The notes under the pieces are model-generated. The model ran no database searches. It saw only the letters and a program-made list of their open reading frames with translations, and was not told where the DNA came from. Shown here piece after piece: positions 1 to 12,802 of a stretch of 64,000 nt of DNA. Numbering within the stretch: the first letter of the stretch is position 1; every line of letters starts with the position of its first letter. This DNA comes from Octopus sinensis (taxonomy: Eukaryota), in the NCBI RefSeq assembly GCF_006345805.1, contig NC_043000.1:9300001-9364000 (forward strand), in the 5' to 3' direction. The position numbers were made by a program, and so were the translations under genes.

Positions 1-56
1 GAACTCATAATCTCATGACTGTGACCCCGCCGCGCTAACCACTGAGTCATGCACCT
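1..56 (-). mobile_element. tRNA-derived SINE head fragment, cut by the window edge
   Basis: Reverse complement reads aggtgcatgactcagtggttagcgcggcgg...atgagttc, similar to the A-box SINE heads at 22521 and 56371. Confidence 0.6.
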
Positions 57-120
57 ACAGCAGCTATGTACTACATACTAACCCTGATTGCCATTATGTC
101 AGTCAGTCTATTTGTCTGTA

Positions 121-282
121 TTGGGTCATCCCATAAATAATGCAGCTTTTTTATACTGCTTTTAGTTTTCAAAATTAAGATAAACAAAGTTCTTTTCTAA
201 TCTAAAATATACTCTCCTTCATTTTCTACAATGCTCTTCCATCTACATGGTGGACTTGCAAGGCCCCTCTTCCAAAATTCAC
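121..282 (-). mobile_element. mariner terminal fragment (TIR + transposase 3' end)
   Basis: Closely matches 38478-38640 (ttgggtcatc..ataaata..tgc; ctaaaatatactctccttca; gacttgcaaggcccctcttccaaaattcac). A second TIR remnant lies at about 349-403. Confidence 0.75.
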
Positions 283-466
283 CTATCCTAATTGCTCTTA
301 TGTCTGTCTGTCTCTCTGTATGTGTGTATGTATGTATGTATGTATGTATTGGGTTATCCCTCAAATAATGCGATTGTTTATACTGCTTTTATTTTCCAAA
401 ATTGTACCTAGCCATTTCTGACATCATACGTTTTGATGCACCTAGATTCTATACATACATACACAC

Positions 467-554
<88 letters not shown>

Positions 555-659
555 TTAATCCAAATAAGAAAACACAAAAAACAAAAGAAACACAACAACG
601 CGAGGACGTGGAACAAATAAAGTATTATTGGACGCTTAGGAAAGAAGGGAAGAAGGAGG

Positions 660-694
660 GTTTAACGTTTCAAGCGGAGCTCTTCGTAGGAAAC
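660..694 (-). ncRNA. degenerate minimal type I hammerhead-like motif
   Basis: Minus strand gttt-CCTACGA-a-gagc-tcc-gctt-GAAA-cg-TT-aaac. Stem I is gttt/aaac, stem II and a palindromic stem III are present, but the core is mutated. Confidence 0.4.
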
Positions 695-1016
695 ATAGTA
701 GAAGGAAAGATCCCGATAAGGGAAGAGAGAGGGAAAAAAATCACCAACGGTACTCACGAGGTCACTAGAAATATGTTACAAAATAGAAACAACACGTGGT
801 AATGTAAGGGAAAAGTAAGAAAAATAAACAAAAATACACAATGTAAATAAAAAAAAGTAAAGGTTTTTTATGAAAAGTAACGAAAGATATATACAATTAG
901 ATGAACTGAGGTAGGAATAAAAGCAATAAAAGTCATTATTATGAAATTATTAAAGAGATTCAAACATACCGGCGGTTTCATATACATATATATATTTATA
1001 TATATATATATATATA

Positions 1017-2197
1017 CGAGGGGCGTTCAATAAGTAATGCCCCTGACCCACTTCCCATAGCAGTAGAGCAACGAAACTTGGCACAGTTATTAGTCTTTTT
1101 CTACATAGGAACCACCCAGAGTTACGCATTTCTGCCATCGTTTGATGCAGCGCTGGAGACCGTTTTTGTAGAAGACCCCAGCTTGGTCCTCCAACCACGA
1201 CGTGACTTTAGAAATCAAGGCTGCATCATCTATGAAATGCTTTCCTTTCAAAAACAACTTCATGGTTGGGAAGAGGTGAAAATCAGAGGGTGCAAGGTCA
1301 GGAAAGTAGGGGGTATGGGGAGGAGTTCATAGCCGCACGCCTGTGCTTCTGATCTGGCGACAAGCGAGTTGTGGACCGGAGCGTTGTCCTGCAGGAGGAG
1401 GATGCCTTTGCTGATCTTGCCCCGCCTCTTGATTTTGATAACTTCTCTTAATTTCCTCAAAAGTGAAGCATAATAGGCTCCTGCAATTCCCTTTGGAGGG
1501 GGTGAGTCACGGTGATTCCACTGCATTGACTGGGCTTTGGTCTCTGGATCATCGTAATGGACCCAGGTCTCATTCTGTGTAATCAGTCTTTTGAAAAATT
1601 TGACTCATCTTCTTGGCACATCTCCAAATTCACCCTCGAGCACTCGACGCGTTCTTGCTTCTGGAAAGGCGTGAGCAACCTGGGAATCCATCTGGCAGAC
1701 ACCTTTTGCATATGCAAATGGTCATGAATGATAGTTTCCACAGACCCGGTACTAATCTTGACCTCATGGGCTATTTGGCGAATAATTATGCGTCGATCTT
1801 CCAAAATGGCAGCCTCAACTTGACGGACAGATGCCTCATCAATGGCAGAAGGGGGCGACCAGATCTGGGAGCTGTTTCCACAGAGTTCCGACCATGTTTG
1901 AATTCACGATGCCAGCGTTTTACAAGGTCATATGGTGGGGCATCATCACCATAAGTTACTTTCATTTCATGAAAAGTCTCCCGTGGTGTGCATCCTTTCA
2001 AATACAAAAACCGGATCACTGCTCGACACTCAACAGGCTCCATTTCACACTTGACTCGGTTCAAACACCTGTAAATCAGAAACCACAATTGATTGAGAGC
2101 TTACTCTATAGATATATAAATAATTGCACATGCAAAATTTCAGCTAGATCAAACAACTGCAAGTGGGTCAGAGGCATTACTTATTGAACGTCCCTCG
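1017..2197 (-). mobile_element. mariner (Tc1/mariner DD34D) transposon with frameshifted transposase
   Basis: TIRs of about 37 bp (cgaggggcgttcaataagtaatgcccctgacccactt / aagtgggtcagaggcattacttattgaacgtccctcg) with TA at both ends. ORF pieces include MEPVECRAVIRFLYLKG, KVSARWIPRLLT and LLLQDNAPVH. Confidence 0.95.
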
Positions 2198-2680
2198 TAT
2201 ATGTATATGAGAATTTGGTTTTGAAAATGCACCCGAATTTAAAAAACGTGCTTTTAAAATAAATTTATTCATATACATACCAAACTAGTTTCAATAATCT
2301 TTTGTCTATGAATAGTACAAATGTATATAAAACAATAGGAATTCAACAGAGTTTCAAATAACGAAGTAGAAATCGAACAAACATGTTTAAACGGTCAAGT
2401 GTTAACATAAAATTCAATGACAGGGATAGATAATATCAAAGTAAATATTCGGCGAGGAATATAATAAATGTACATTACTAAAAGTTCAGCCATATTGAGT
2501 TTTGATAGAATGCGTGGACAAGAGAGAGAACAAAGAAAAAGAAAAGAGAATAAAAAAGTTTTTTTTTTTACAGTTTCTGCCGTATTGCTTGTAGTTGTTT
2601 TTCCATCGCCTACTGGGCTTTTCGCTTTTAACGGAGTTTTTTTTTTTGGCAGGGGGTAATCAGAGAATATCTTGTGTATT

Positions 2681-3045
2681 ACTTGTTTCAGTCATTTGAC
2701 TGCGGCCATGCTGGAGCACCGCCTCGAAGGGTTTTAATCGAACAAATCAACCTCAGGACTTTTTTTAAAGCCTAGTACTTATTCTATCATTCTCTTTTTG
2801 TCGAGCCGCCACTAAGTTACGGGGACGTAAACACCAACACCGGTAGTCAAGCGGTGAGGGGTGACACAAACACACACACACATACACATATATATATATA
2901 TATACGACGGTCTTCTTTCAGTTGCCGTCTAGCAAATCCACTCACAAGGTTTTGATCGACGCGAGACAATAGTAGTAGACACTTGCCCAAGGTGCCACGC
3001 AGTGGGACTGAACTCGGAACCATGCGTTTGGGAGCAAACTTCTTA
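2681..3045 (-). mobile_element. SINE family A (tRNA head, internal microsatellite, CR1-like tail)
   Basis: Matches the copies at 23485-23903 and 61370-61760. Confidence 0.85.
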
Positions 3046-3424
3046 TTTCTTTAGTGCCCACAAGGGGCAAAAAACAAACTGATTCGTTAAGAGAATCAAC
3101 CAACCGGAACTGTTGATGCCCACTAAGAAAAAACTAATGACCGAATCCCTACAGGGAAGTCAACCATATATGTTTTTACGAGAAAGTCTAATTTTTGATT
3201 CGTTATAATTTTGATGACGTCTCATTCTTTCTGGAGGATGTTTTTGATCAAAGAATAAATTTTGTTTTGGGATTAGTGTTTTGGTTGGTTTGTTTGTTTG
3301 TTTGTTGGTTGGTTCCCTGTACATAGGAACATGTTTTGATTGGTAGTAGGTTTCATGAAGTCACTTTATTTTGATAAAGAACCTGTTTTTGTTTTGATCA
3401 AGTTTGGCGTTCTGCTTCGTAGAC

Positions 3425-4322
3425 AAACGTAATATTCATACAAGATAATGTTCCCTCGCACTCAGCGAAGAAAACTACAGAGTATTTGCAACAATTAGGC
3501 TTCTTTGGACCTCGGAAGATGAAATGGCCTGCCTGTTCCCCCGACATAAACTGAATAGAAAACTTGTGGAGCATTATAAACAATGTAGGGAGTGGGGTTG
3601 GCACTGGATGGGCGCCTCACAATTCCTTACATAGTGGTGGAAAGGAAAATAGAATCTCCGAACAAATAACAATATTTATTTTTCTGTCTGAATAAACATT
3701 TCATTTCTGGACATCGGTAGTCTGGACGTCTAGGAGTGGAAGCAACAGGGTTGGCACTTAGACACAAAAATACGAAGGCATTTTCATAGATTCGCCGAAG
3801 ACGTGGATCGCCTTCAGAATTCCAGCCACACGGAACTGGTCATGTCGTGTCCGTCTCGGTCGGCAGCAGGGGCGAAGAGAGAGAATGGTGGTCAAGCCTA
3901 GCTGTTGCTGATAACTGCACATGCGTATAAGGGATTTCCGGCAGGCCTTCCGGAAGGCTCTAATCCCTGCGCATGCGTGGATGAAAATCCCAAAATGCGG
4001 AAGCACGAAAATAGAATGATTGTAGTGGCGCCAGAAACAAGATGGCTACCGATCACCCACAAGATGTGGCACAAAATATGAAAAGTCAAAAAAAATAATG
4101 TAATCACAATATAAATAAGCATGCACAAAAATGTCTTTTTACAAAATGTTCAATGTGTTTACGAGAATGGACGCCAATTTAGGAGCAAGGATGAGCTGTG
4201 GCAGGCAATAGTGGATGTATCTGGTGATATAACATCAGAGGAGATCCAGAAATTAACATGTTCCATAAACTAGCACCTTTTCCAGCTTATTTCAAATAAA
4301 GGCTCATATATCCCTTACTAAT
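3425..4322 (+). pseudogene. Tc1-type (DD34E) transposase C-terminal relic split by an insertion of about 560 bp
   Basis: 3425-3583 reads IFIQDNVPSHSAKKTTEYL..KWPACSPDIN*IENLWSII. It resumes at about 4157 with VYENGRQFRSKDELWQAIVD..EEIQKLTCSI..ISNKGSYIPY*. Confidence 0.8.
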
Positions 4323-4589
4323 CAGCTCACCTATCATTTCTGAACGCTGTTTATTTGTTTATTTCTATTTCTTCCATGTTTATGATTGTATATGTTCAAT
4401 ACAGTGTGTACATCAAACGATTACATTGGCATTTTCTTGATTTCATGAGTTTTACACTTCGCTAATAATTTGAATCAGTGAAAGTTGACGTAAATTGTTT
4501 CAATTAAAAAAAAAACGGAGGAAATACGAAGAAAAACTAGGAGAAAATAAGAGGACATATAAAAGGATAAGTGCAAATATTTATTCATT

Positions 4590-4696
4590 TACATATACAT
4601 ACATATACACATACTCATACCCACACAAATGTATACATGTATATATGCACTTATACGTGCACATATAAAGACACATATACACATGTGGGCATATGT

Positions 4697-4751
<55 letters not shown>

Positions 4752-4893
4752 ATATAGATAGATATATATACACACACACATACATACATATGTACATAAG
4801 TATATACACATACACAACACACATATACACAATACATGCACTGATACACACAATTGGGCATATGTAGGTATATATTTATGTATATATATATAT

Positions 4894-4966
<73 letters not shown>

Positions 4967-5144
4967 GATATATATACACACACACATACATACATATGTA
5001 CATAAGTATATACACATACACAACACACATATACACAATACATGCACTGATACACACAATTGGGCATATGTAGGTATATATTTATGTATATATATATATA
5101 TATACATACATACATAATATAGATATATATATATATATATATAT

Positions 5145-5187
<43 letters not shown>

Positions 5188-5290
5188 ATATATATAATAT
5201 ATATATATATATACATACATATATAGGTACACAAATATATACTCATACACAACATACACATATGTACATGAACATATTCAAACACACACA
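4590..5290. repeat. (TA)n/(TACA)n microsatellite field with an internal tandem duplication of about 205 bp
   Basis: The block catatgtacataagtatatacacatacacaacac...aattgggcatatgtagg occurs at about 4786 and about 4993. Confidence 0.85.
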
Positions 5291-5959
5291 TACGTGAGAA
5301 AATGCAGGCATATGTGAAAAAAATAGAAATTATGTTTAAAAAAAAAGAAAAGAAAAAGTCTAAGAAAGTAGATTAAGAAGAAGGAAGGAATGAAGTAGAG
5401 AGAAGGGTGAAAAGAATAAGAAAAATAAGAATAGTAAAGATAAATTTAGGCTAAAAATGTATACACCTAAAAATATTATTAAAGAATGTATTTGTATATG
5501 AATAGAAAAAGAGAAAGGATAAACAAGCATAGATTGGCAATAGTTGATTACGATGATAATAATATAAGTAGTAATATTTATAATAGGTGAGAAATGTGTA
5601 TTTAAGTACACATTGTGAAAAATATATAACAAACAATAAATGTATGTATATGTGTGTGTATATTTTTTAAGTGGTAGTTAAAAAATTAGTCTTAAAAAAT
5701 GTATTGAGTAATAGGGGAAGATATATGGATATATGGTATAGGTTTCACAACTGAAGGTAAAAATATGAAAGGTCATATAATATAAGTGTGGAGTGGGGTT
5801 AGAATGGATACAATAGAGAGTATTAAGGATATGAGTCTAATATAAAGGTGGTAATATTGTAGTGAGATGTATTATACAAAGAACTAAATTATAAGGAGGA
5901 GTAAGAATAAGAAAAAAGTTAGAGGAAGGGGTGTGGAGAGAATTATTTGAGGTTAATAA

Positions 5960-6735
5960 AAAGGGATTTTGACATAAGTTTACAAGAAAAAACTTTTCCA
6001 TCTCTCGAATTTAAAAAAGAATTATTCATCTTCATAATATTGCAAATCTCTTCTAAGTATAAATAACAAATCCTGTTATTATGCCTATAAGAAGGAGCTG
6101 AAGAGATAATTTTCCAAGAAGTCGAGTAATCTATATTACTTCTTTTCTGTTGCCAAACCTTTGTAGATAGACCCGTACTACTTTTTTTTACTAGGGTCGT
6201 TAAAGGATGATTTATGATTATTTAATCGTAATTTAAAAGGGTTTTGAGTACATCCAATATATGTGAATTTAGAGAGATTATGGGTAATAATTGTAGCATG
6301 GTATACTACATTTTTCATTTTACAGTTACCCTCACTGGTATTTGGGTTCCTACAATTAGAATTAGAACTATTATTTGATACTCTATTATGTCTATATGTA
6401 TTAAGGGTAATTGAGGATGTGTAATTTTTACAATTATTGTTATTAGAAAAAAGGAATGATTGGAATTATTGGGAGTTAGCAAGAATATTAGAAAGAGAAC
6501 TTTTATTGTGGAATTGGTTTAGTTTCATATTATCGAATGAGGAGATGATCCGAGATAAGTTTGGAGATACTGAAAATCCAAATCTAATCCATTTGTTATT
6601 GAATATTTTTGCATATCTAGAGTTCTTAAAGTTAACTTTAAGAATGTTTCTAATTGATTTAATAAAATTAGATTTTAAATGTTTAGCAAAAGGAATTATT
6701 ATCCGAATGATGTTATTGCTGTTATCCTTATTGTA
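5960..6735 (-). mobile_element. Penelope-like element 3' fragment (GIY-YIG endonuclease)
   Basis: Minus-strand translation FTYIGCTQNPFKLRLNNHKSSFNDP..STGLSTKVWQQK..WKIISSAPSY..ICYLYLEE is homologous to the C-terminus of ORF 9631-11862. Confidence 0.85.
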
Positions 6736-6743
6736 AACATATG

Positions 6744-6774
<31 letters not shown>

Positions 6775-7129
6775 GGGTGGGAGGTGTTTGTTTTGTGTGT
6801 ATATGTGACTATATCTGTGCGTGTTTATTGATATTTATATAATATAATTTATTCCTTGTGATATATAAATATATGGTATGTGTTTCACAATATTACCTAT
6901 ACCCATATAGAGAGAATGCTTCTTTTATTTTTCCTACTTATATGTTTAAATATCCGTCGGCCAAACCAGTTTTAATTCTTACACAACTACACTCAACACT
7001 ACACAACCATGTTTTTAAATTTTATATTTCATCTTTCACATTCTTTTTCATTAATTTCCGAACTCAAAGCAGTATCCTGCAACATATTTCTTCTTCTGTT
7101 AGAACTTTTCTGATGTTTCCTTCATTTTT

Positions 7130-7233
7130 TGCACTGACGAAAATGGTAATATATCATTAAATTAATTATAATTGATTTAATCTCTTCTATGTTTCTTACA
7201 TGTTAGTGTTACCATTTGAAACGATCGTATGCA
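7130..7233 (+). ncRNA. type I hammerhead ribozyme with intact core
   Basis: tgca-CTGACGA-aaatggtaatat..gtgttaccattt-GAAA-cgatcg-TA-tgca. Stem I is 4 bp, stem II is 12 bp, stem III is the palindrome ACGATCGT, and GUA cleavage falls after 7229. Confidence 0.85.
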
Positions 7234-7321
7234 TGGATTAAAATGTTCATCTCTTCACCTTTAATTGTTTGTTGAGTTTATATAGGACTATGTTCTATAA
7301 ATGTTCATAATACACCTTATA

Positions 7322-7358
<37 letters not shown>

Positions 7359-7359
7359 T

Positions 7360-7439
<80 letters not shown>

Positions 7440-7440
7440 T

Positions 7441-7496
<56 letters not shown>

Positions 7497-8665
7497 AGTT
7501 CTACACTGGATTAAGTATTTCCTGGCGAATAGAACACAACATGTTGTAGTTGATGGAGTCCACTCAAGCCCAGCAAAAGTCACCAGCGGTGTTCCCCAGG
7601 GGACTGTCTTAGGTCCGCTACTCTTCATAATTTACATAAACGACCTTTCCAGTGTCGTACATTACTGCAAAGTGAAAATAATTGCTGATGACACTAAGCT
7701 CCAGCAAATCGTCAATGAAGAAGCAGACCGAACTCAACTCCAGTCTGATCTATATGCTGTGAGTCAATGGGCAGACAGAAACAAAGTGCAACTGAACGAG
7801 GGAAAATTTGAGCTGATGCATTTTGGAAGAAATTCCTCACTAAAACAGCCATACTCTCTTCCTTCAGGGGAACCGCTCACAGCCTCTAACAATATCAGAG
7901 ACCTGGGTGTAATTGTTGATGACGATCTCAGTTGGAGTGCACACATCAACAAGAAGGTCGATATAGCTCGTAGGATGAGTTCCTGGATCTTAAGAACTTT
8001 CCGGTCCAGAGAACAAGGTGTCATCATACCACTTTTCTCCTCCTTTGTACGGCCACACCTCGAATACTGCTGCCCACTGTGGTCTCCCCATACAAGACAA
8101 AACATCTTGAGGATTGAATCACCCCAGAGGGTACTCACTAAACGAATTGAAGGCATGGCTGCTCTCGATTATTGGGATCGCCTTAGAGCCTTGAAACTCT
8201 ACACTCTCCAGCGTCGCCGTGAGCGGTACATCATTTGTACGATGTGGAGAATATACCGCCAACTTTGCCCAAACGACCTGAACATTAGCTTCAAGGTTCA
8301 TCCAAGACTGAGACCACGGGCCATACGTCCCCTGCCCAATTCAATATCACAGCATACATGCACACTGCAACATAATTTCTTTTCCTCAACAGGCCCTGCC
8401 CTATTTAACATTGTCCCGAAAGAGATCAAAGAGGAAAAGGATCCCAACAACTTTAAACGGAGTCTGGATAGATTCCTTCAAAGAATACCAGATAAACCAC
8501 CCATAATTGGATACAACTCACCCAACAAAAACTCACTACTTGAATGGACCATAAACAAAACTTGACTTAAACAGGATTCGAATAACCCTATCAGGTGGTG
8601 CTATTAAGTTAGACATGGCCTGGACAAATCTTTGGTCGAAACATATCTAAGTTTATCTAAGTTTT
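7497..8665 (+). mobile_element. 5'-truncated CR1-clade LINE (RT C-terminal half + 3' UTR)
   Basis: SGVPQGTVLGPLLFIIYIND, IADDTKL, RDLGV, VRPHLEYCCPLWSP and LQRRRER; the frame is open to the stop at 8565. The 3' tail is (ATCTAAGTTT)2 and the element is flanked by (TA)n. Confidence 0.92.
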
Positions 8666-8826
8666 ATATATATATATATATATATATAATTGATATAGGA
8701 TATTTTTTTTTTGTTTTGGCGTATCGGGCATTAGAATTTTTCTTCTGCCCTTATCTTGTATATATATATATATATATATATATAAGTATATGAAAGAATG
8801 GAGTTAAACGACTAGTTAACAAATAT

Positions 8827-8921
8827 CCTTTTTTCTCGACATATGTTTCGAAGGCTGCATATTCCTAATTCCGAAGGAATAAGGAGTACATTATGCAGAT
8901 TTCTCATCAGGAAAATCAAGG
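8827..8921 (-). ncRNA. type I hammerhead ribozyme in the inverted Penelope pseudo-LTR
   Basis: Reverse-complement copy of 12410-12504; CTGATGA, GAAA and GUC are intact. Confidence 0.85.
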
Positions 8922-9219
8922 TACTTATGTCGACATCAAAATGCACAAAAAACTTTTGGCTGACCGCTCTCAAGGAGCCCATGGCGATAATGAGTGTCTC
9001 TTTATAAGGAGTGACGTCAGAGTGGCTGAATGTAGAAGAATCTAGAAGGTTCTAAAGGTTCAAGGGTTCAAACGAAGTAGGAGGAGGGAGGCATAAGAAT
9101 AGTAAGGTGAGAGAGTGTAGGTCAAAAGAATGGTGGGTTTAAATTATTTCTTTTATGAAACTACTCAAATATTCATATACAGCTTCGTCCAGATCCTGCT
9201 ACCTTAACAGATACCGCAA

Positions 9220-11862
9220 ATGGAGTTGTTCGAGATTAACGCATCCCTTAAGGACATACCAATACCACCAAAAGAAACCTTCCTTAAGGAAATTGTCAAC
9301 AAAACAAATGCATTCATCAACCGAATTAGATGGCTCGCTTTTTTCCATGATAACGAGGACTTAAAACAGAACGGTACAGAAACATCTTCCGAATATAAGA
9401 AGCTATTCAAGTCGAGGGAGACACCGCCACCCAATCCCAGACGGAAGAAATTTGAGGACGACTAGTGGGACATTGTAAGGAGCGTTAAATTCCGTTAATC
9501 ACCCCTTAGGAATAAACACCTTAGATACCTCAACAAAATTACCAAAGATATAAACAGTTCAGACGCTATCCTGGTCCAATCAGATAAAACCAGGAATACA
9601 TACAAGCTAGCAAAAAACCAGTATTTAGAATTGCTCAAGAAGGAAATACAGAAGAATTACAGAACTACGAATAAGGATACACTTAGAAAAGCCAACTTGG
9701 AAATTAAGAAAATCATGTTTACTCATGGTTTGCAAATGAAAACACAACCACTCAACCCAAAGCAACCAAGATTCATTGTCAAGGACCATAAACCAAACTT
9801 CCAAACCAACCCAGCATTAAGGCTCATTTGCCCTTCTAGTTCCGACATCGGTTCCATCAGTAAGTACATTTTAGATAAATACATACCTAGATTAGTTAAT
9901 AAGCTTAAACTCAACATATGGTCTAACTCCACTCAAGTCGTAGAATGGTTCTCTTCCATTTCTAATAAAAATAGTACTAAATTCATTCAATTCGATATTT
10001 CCAATTTCTACCCTTCGATAAACCCCATCGTGCTCAATAAGGCCCTATGGCACGCACAGAACAAGGCAGGGCTGACAAGGAAGGAAATTAATATAATTCT
10101 AGCCGCTAGAAAATCCTTCATTCAATTCGATGATAAGTTATGGGTCCGTAAGGATACTCCCAACGCGTTCGATGTGCCAATGGGAAGCTCAGATAGCGCA
10201 CAGATAGCCGATTTGGTCGGAATCTATATTCTATATGAATTAGCCGACCAATTCCCGGACATCTGCGGCGGTCTGTATCGAGACGATTGTCTTTTTTACC
10301 TACAGAATGCCCCTAACAGTAGGATACAGAAGACTAAAAGTAGATTAGTTAGATTTTTCAGCAGGATGGGCATGAGCATAATTTTTGACAACGAACTAAC
10401 TAAGGCCAATTTCTTAGATGTTACCCTTAATTTGCATATTAATTCTTACTTCCCTTACCATAAGCCGTCTACGAACCTAAAATATGTCAGTATTTTTAGT
10501 AACCATGCAAAAACTATCACCGATAATTCGGTTAAAAATATATCCTTAAGACTATCAAAGTTATCAGCAAATGTCGACATTTTTAAACAGAAAGCGGAAT
10601 TTTATAATGCCGCCTTGTCAAAGGCCGGTTATAGGGATAAGGTATCATATATCGATCCGGCCCATCCTAAACTAATATCTGCCCATCAAGATAAGATAAC
10701 TTCTAATAATAATATAAATAACATAAATAGTGATTTCAGCTCTAGCAACGTCGACACAAATATATTTTACAATAATAATTTACGGACCAGGGGAGGCCAG
10801 CGTAAACCAAAACCCATTCTACAACACAGAAATATACCCTTTAATGTAAATGTCAACACTCTCAGCCATTCCAAGAACAAAAAAAACTATATTTGGTTTG
10901 TGATTCCTTTCGGGAGACAAATCAGGTCTAATCTCCTTTTACAATTCCGTGAAGCCGTTGCTAAGAATTTTCCTAGGAATTTTAGATACTACTCCACTAT
11001 AAATTCGCATAAAGTAAGAATAACATTCTCAAATACTAAAAATCTTTCGCAGATAATAGCTTCCCACAATAATAAGCTGCTAAATAGGGTCTCATCACCC
11101 ATGAGTAGCGACACCACCCTTACCCATTCCAACGTAACATACAATAATAATTATAACAGAAGTAGTATGGATATTAGCAACATTCATAGCAGCATTAGCG
11201 TTAGCAATAGTAATAATGATAATAACATTAGCCAGATTATTAACAGTGGTGGTGTTAGTGGTAATAGTACCAGCATTCTTAATAACAGTTATATTATTGA
11301 TGATAACAATCGCAGCATTCCTATAGCCAGGGAATTTGCCGACGATATTACAACTAATAGTAATGATAATAAGATGAATAGTATCGTGGCCAAAGCCGGC
11401 AACAATTTTTACACCTATCACAACAATAAAAACTCTGTCTTAGTATCGGAAACCAACCCCAACAGATTAAAGTTCTTATCCAAAAATTCCAAAATTAGAA
11501 ACACCACTTACCAATGCAAAATCTCTTCTGGAACTGATGTCTACTTCTACATTGGCGCAACCTCTTCTAAATTAGCCCAAAGGATATCCAACCATTATTC
11601 CACTTTCAGAGATAAGAGAAAGCAACACAGCACGGGGCTAAGCAAATTAGTCTGGCGTCTGAAGAACAATAACACTACGTTCAAGCTCGAATGGTCCATT
11701 TTGTCGGTGTCCTTCCCGTTTGATAAAGGCAGAAAATGTGGCATCTGTAATTCTGAACTTTTTCGTATTTTGTTCGCCAAAGTCCCTTTAATAAATACAA
11801 TCGTCGAAAGATCCTACAGGTGTTTACACTGGAAAAGACACACCTTTCACTCATATAAATAG
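9220..11862 (+). pseudogene. Penelope-like RT/GIY-YIG polyprotein (about 880 codons, two in-frame stops near 9463 and 9496)
   Basis: ORFs 9220-9465 and 9631-11862 are in the same frame. Motifs are FIQFDISNFYPSI, VPMGSS, LYRDD, NFLDV, then an Asn-rich linker, then TYQC..FYIG..RISNH..CGICNSE. Confidence 0.9.
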
Positions 11863-12409
11863 TGACTAATATAGATAACCCCTCGATTTCCAAAAAAATG
11901 TTTGCTATATTTCACCCCAATAGTCAAAAAGATTTTCTTATATTCCCAATTACTACTATCCATTCTTGCGTTGCCTCTCACCTCGCCCGATTCTTTCTCC
12001 CTTTCGTTATCTACTTTCCTTTCTCTACAGTAAACATAATCGAACACACAGACCTCTCACCTCACAGCTGTCAGTTTTCTGACATCTACCCATCCACAAA
12101 CACAATCACGCATTCAAACACACACATACACACATTAAGACAGTTATATAAGTCACACACACAGGCACTCATTCATAAAAGAAAACATTTAAACCCACCA
12201 TTCTTTTGACCTGCACTCTCTCACCTTACTATTCTTATGCCTCCCTCCTCCTACTTCGTTTGAACCCTTGAACCTTTAGAACCTTCTAGATTCTTCTACA
12301 TTCAGCCACTCTGACGTCACTCCTTATAAAGAGACACTCATTATCGCCATGGGCTCCTTGAGAGCGGTCAGCTAAAAGTTTTTTGTGCATTTTGATGTCG
12401 ACATAAGTT

Positions 12410-12504
12410 CCTTGATTTTCCTGATGAGAAATCTGCATAATGTAGTCCTTATTCCTTCGGAATTAGGAATATGCAGCCTTCGAAACATATGTCGAGAATA
12501 AAGG
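12410..12504 (+). ncRNA. type I hammerhead ribozyme in the Penelope 3' pseudo-LTR
   Basis: ccttgattttc-CTGATGA-gaa..ctgcat..atgcag..ttc-GAAA-catatg-TC-gagaataaagg. Stem I pairs 10 of 11, stem III is the palindrome ACATATGT, and cleavage falls after 12493. Confidence 0.88.
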
Positions 12505-12706
12505 ATATTTGTTAACTAGTCGTTCAACTCCATTCTTTCATATACTTATAATTTTAAAATAAACATACAAATTTCCGCACGAAGACACGTAGTCTATGCC
12601 CTTGGGACGTAGCTTGAACCGTGTTCTTTCTGATGTGAATTTGCTACCCAAGTATCGGTTATCTTTCGAATCATCCTTAATAAGGTAATTCATTCAACTA
12701 CTCAAT

Positions 12707-12740
<34 letters not shown>

Positions 12741-12742
12741 AT

Positions 12743-12800
<58 letters not shown>

Positions 12801-12802
<2 letters not shown>

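Larger units (their letters stand above)
8781..12706 (+). mobile_element. Penelope-like retroelement, near full length, with inverted 5' pseudo-LTR
   Basis: RT + GIY-YIG ORF. 8781-9159 is the reverse complement of 12172-12550, each repeat carries an HHR, and (TA)n flanks both sides. Confidence 0.93.

Noticed and set aside
4571-5291. Many ORFs rich in YI/HT/CV/MYVC repeats (also near 14.1-14.7, 36.2-36.8, 39.7-40.2, 57.3-59.9 and 62.4-63.6 kb)
   Set aside because: Translations of (TA)n, (CA)n and (TACA)n microsatellites, which lack stop codons.
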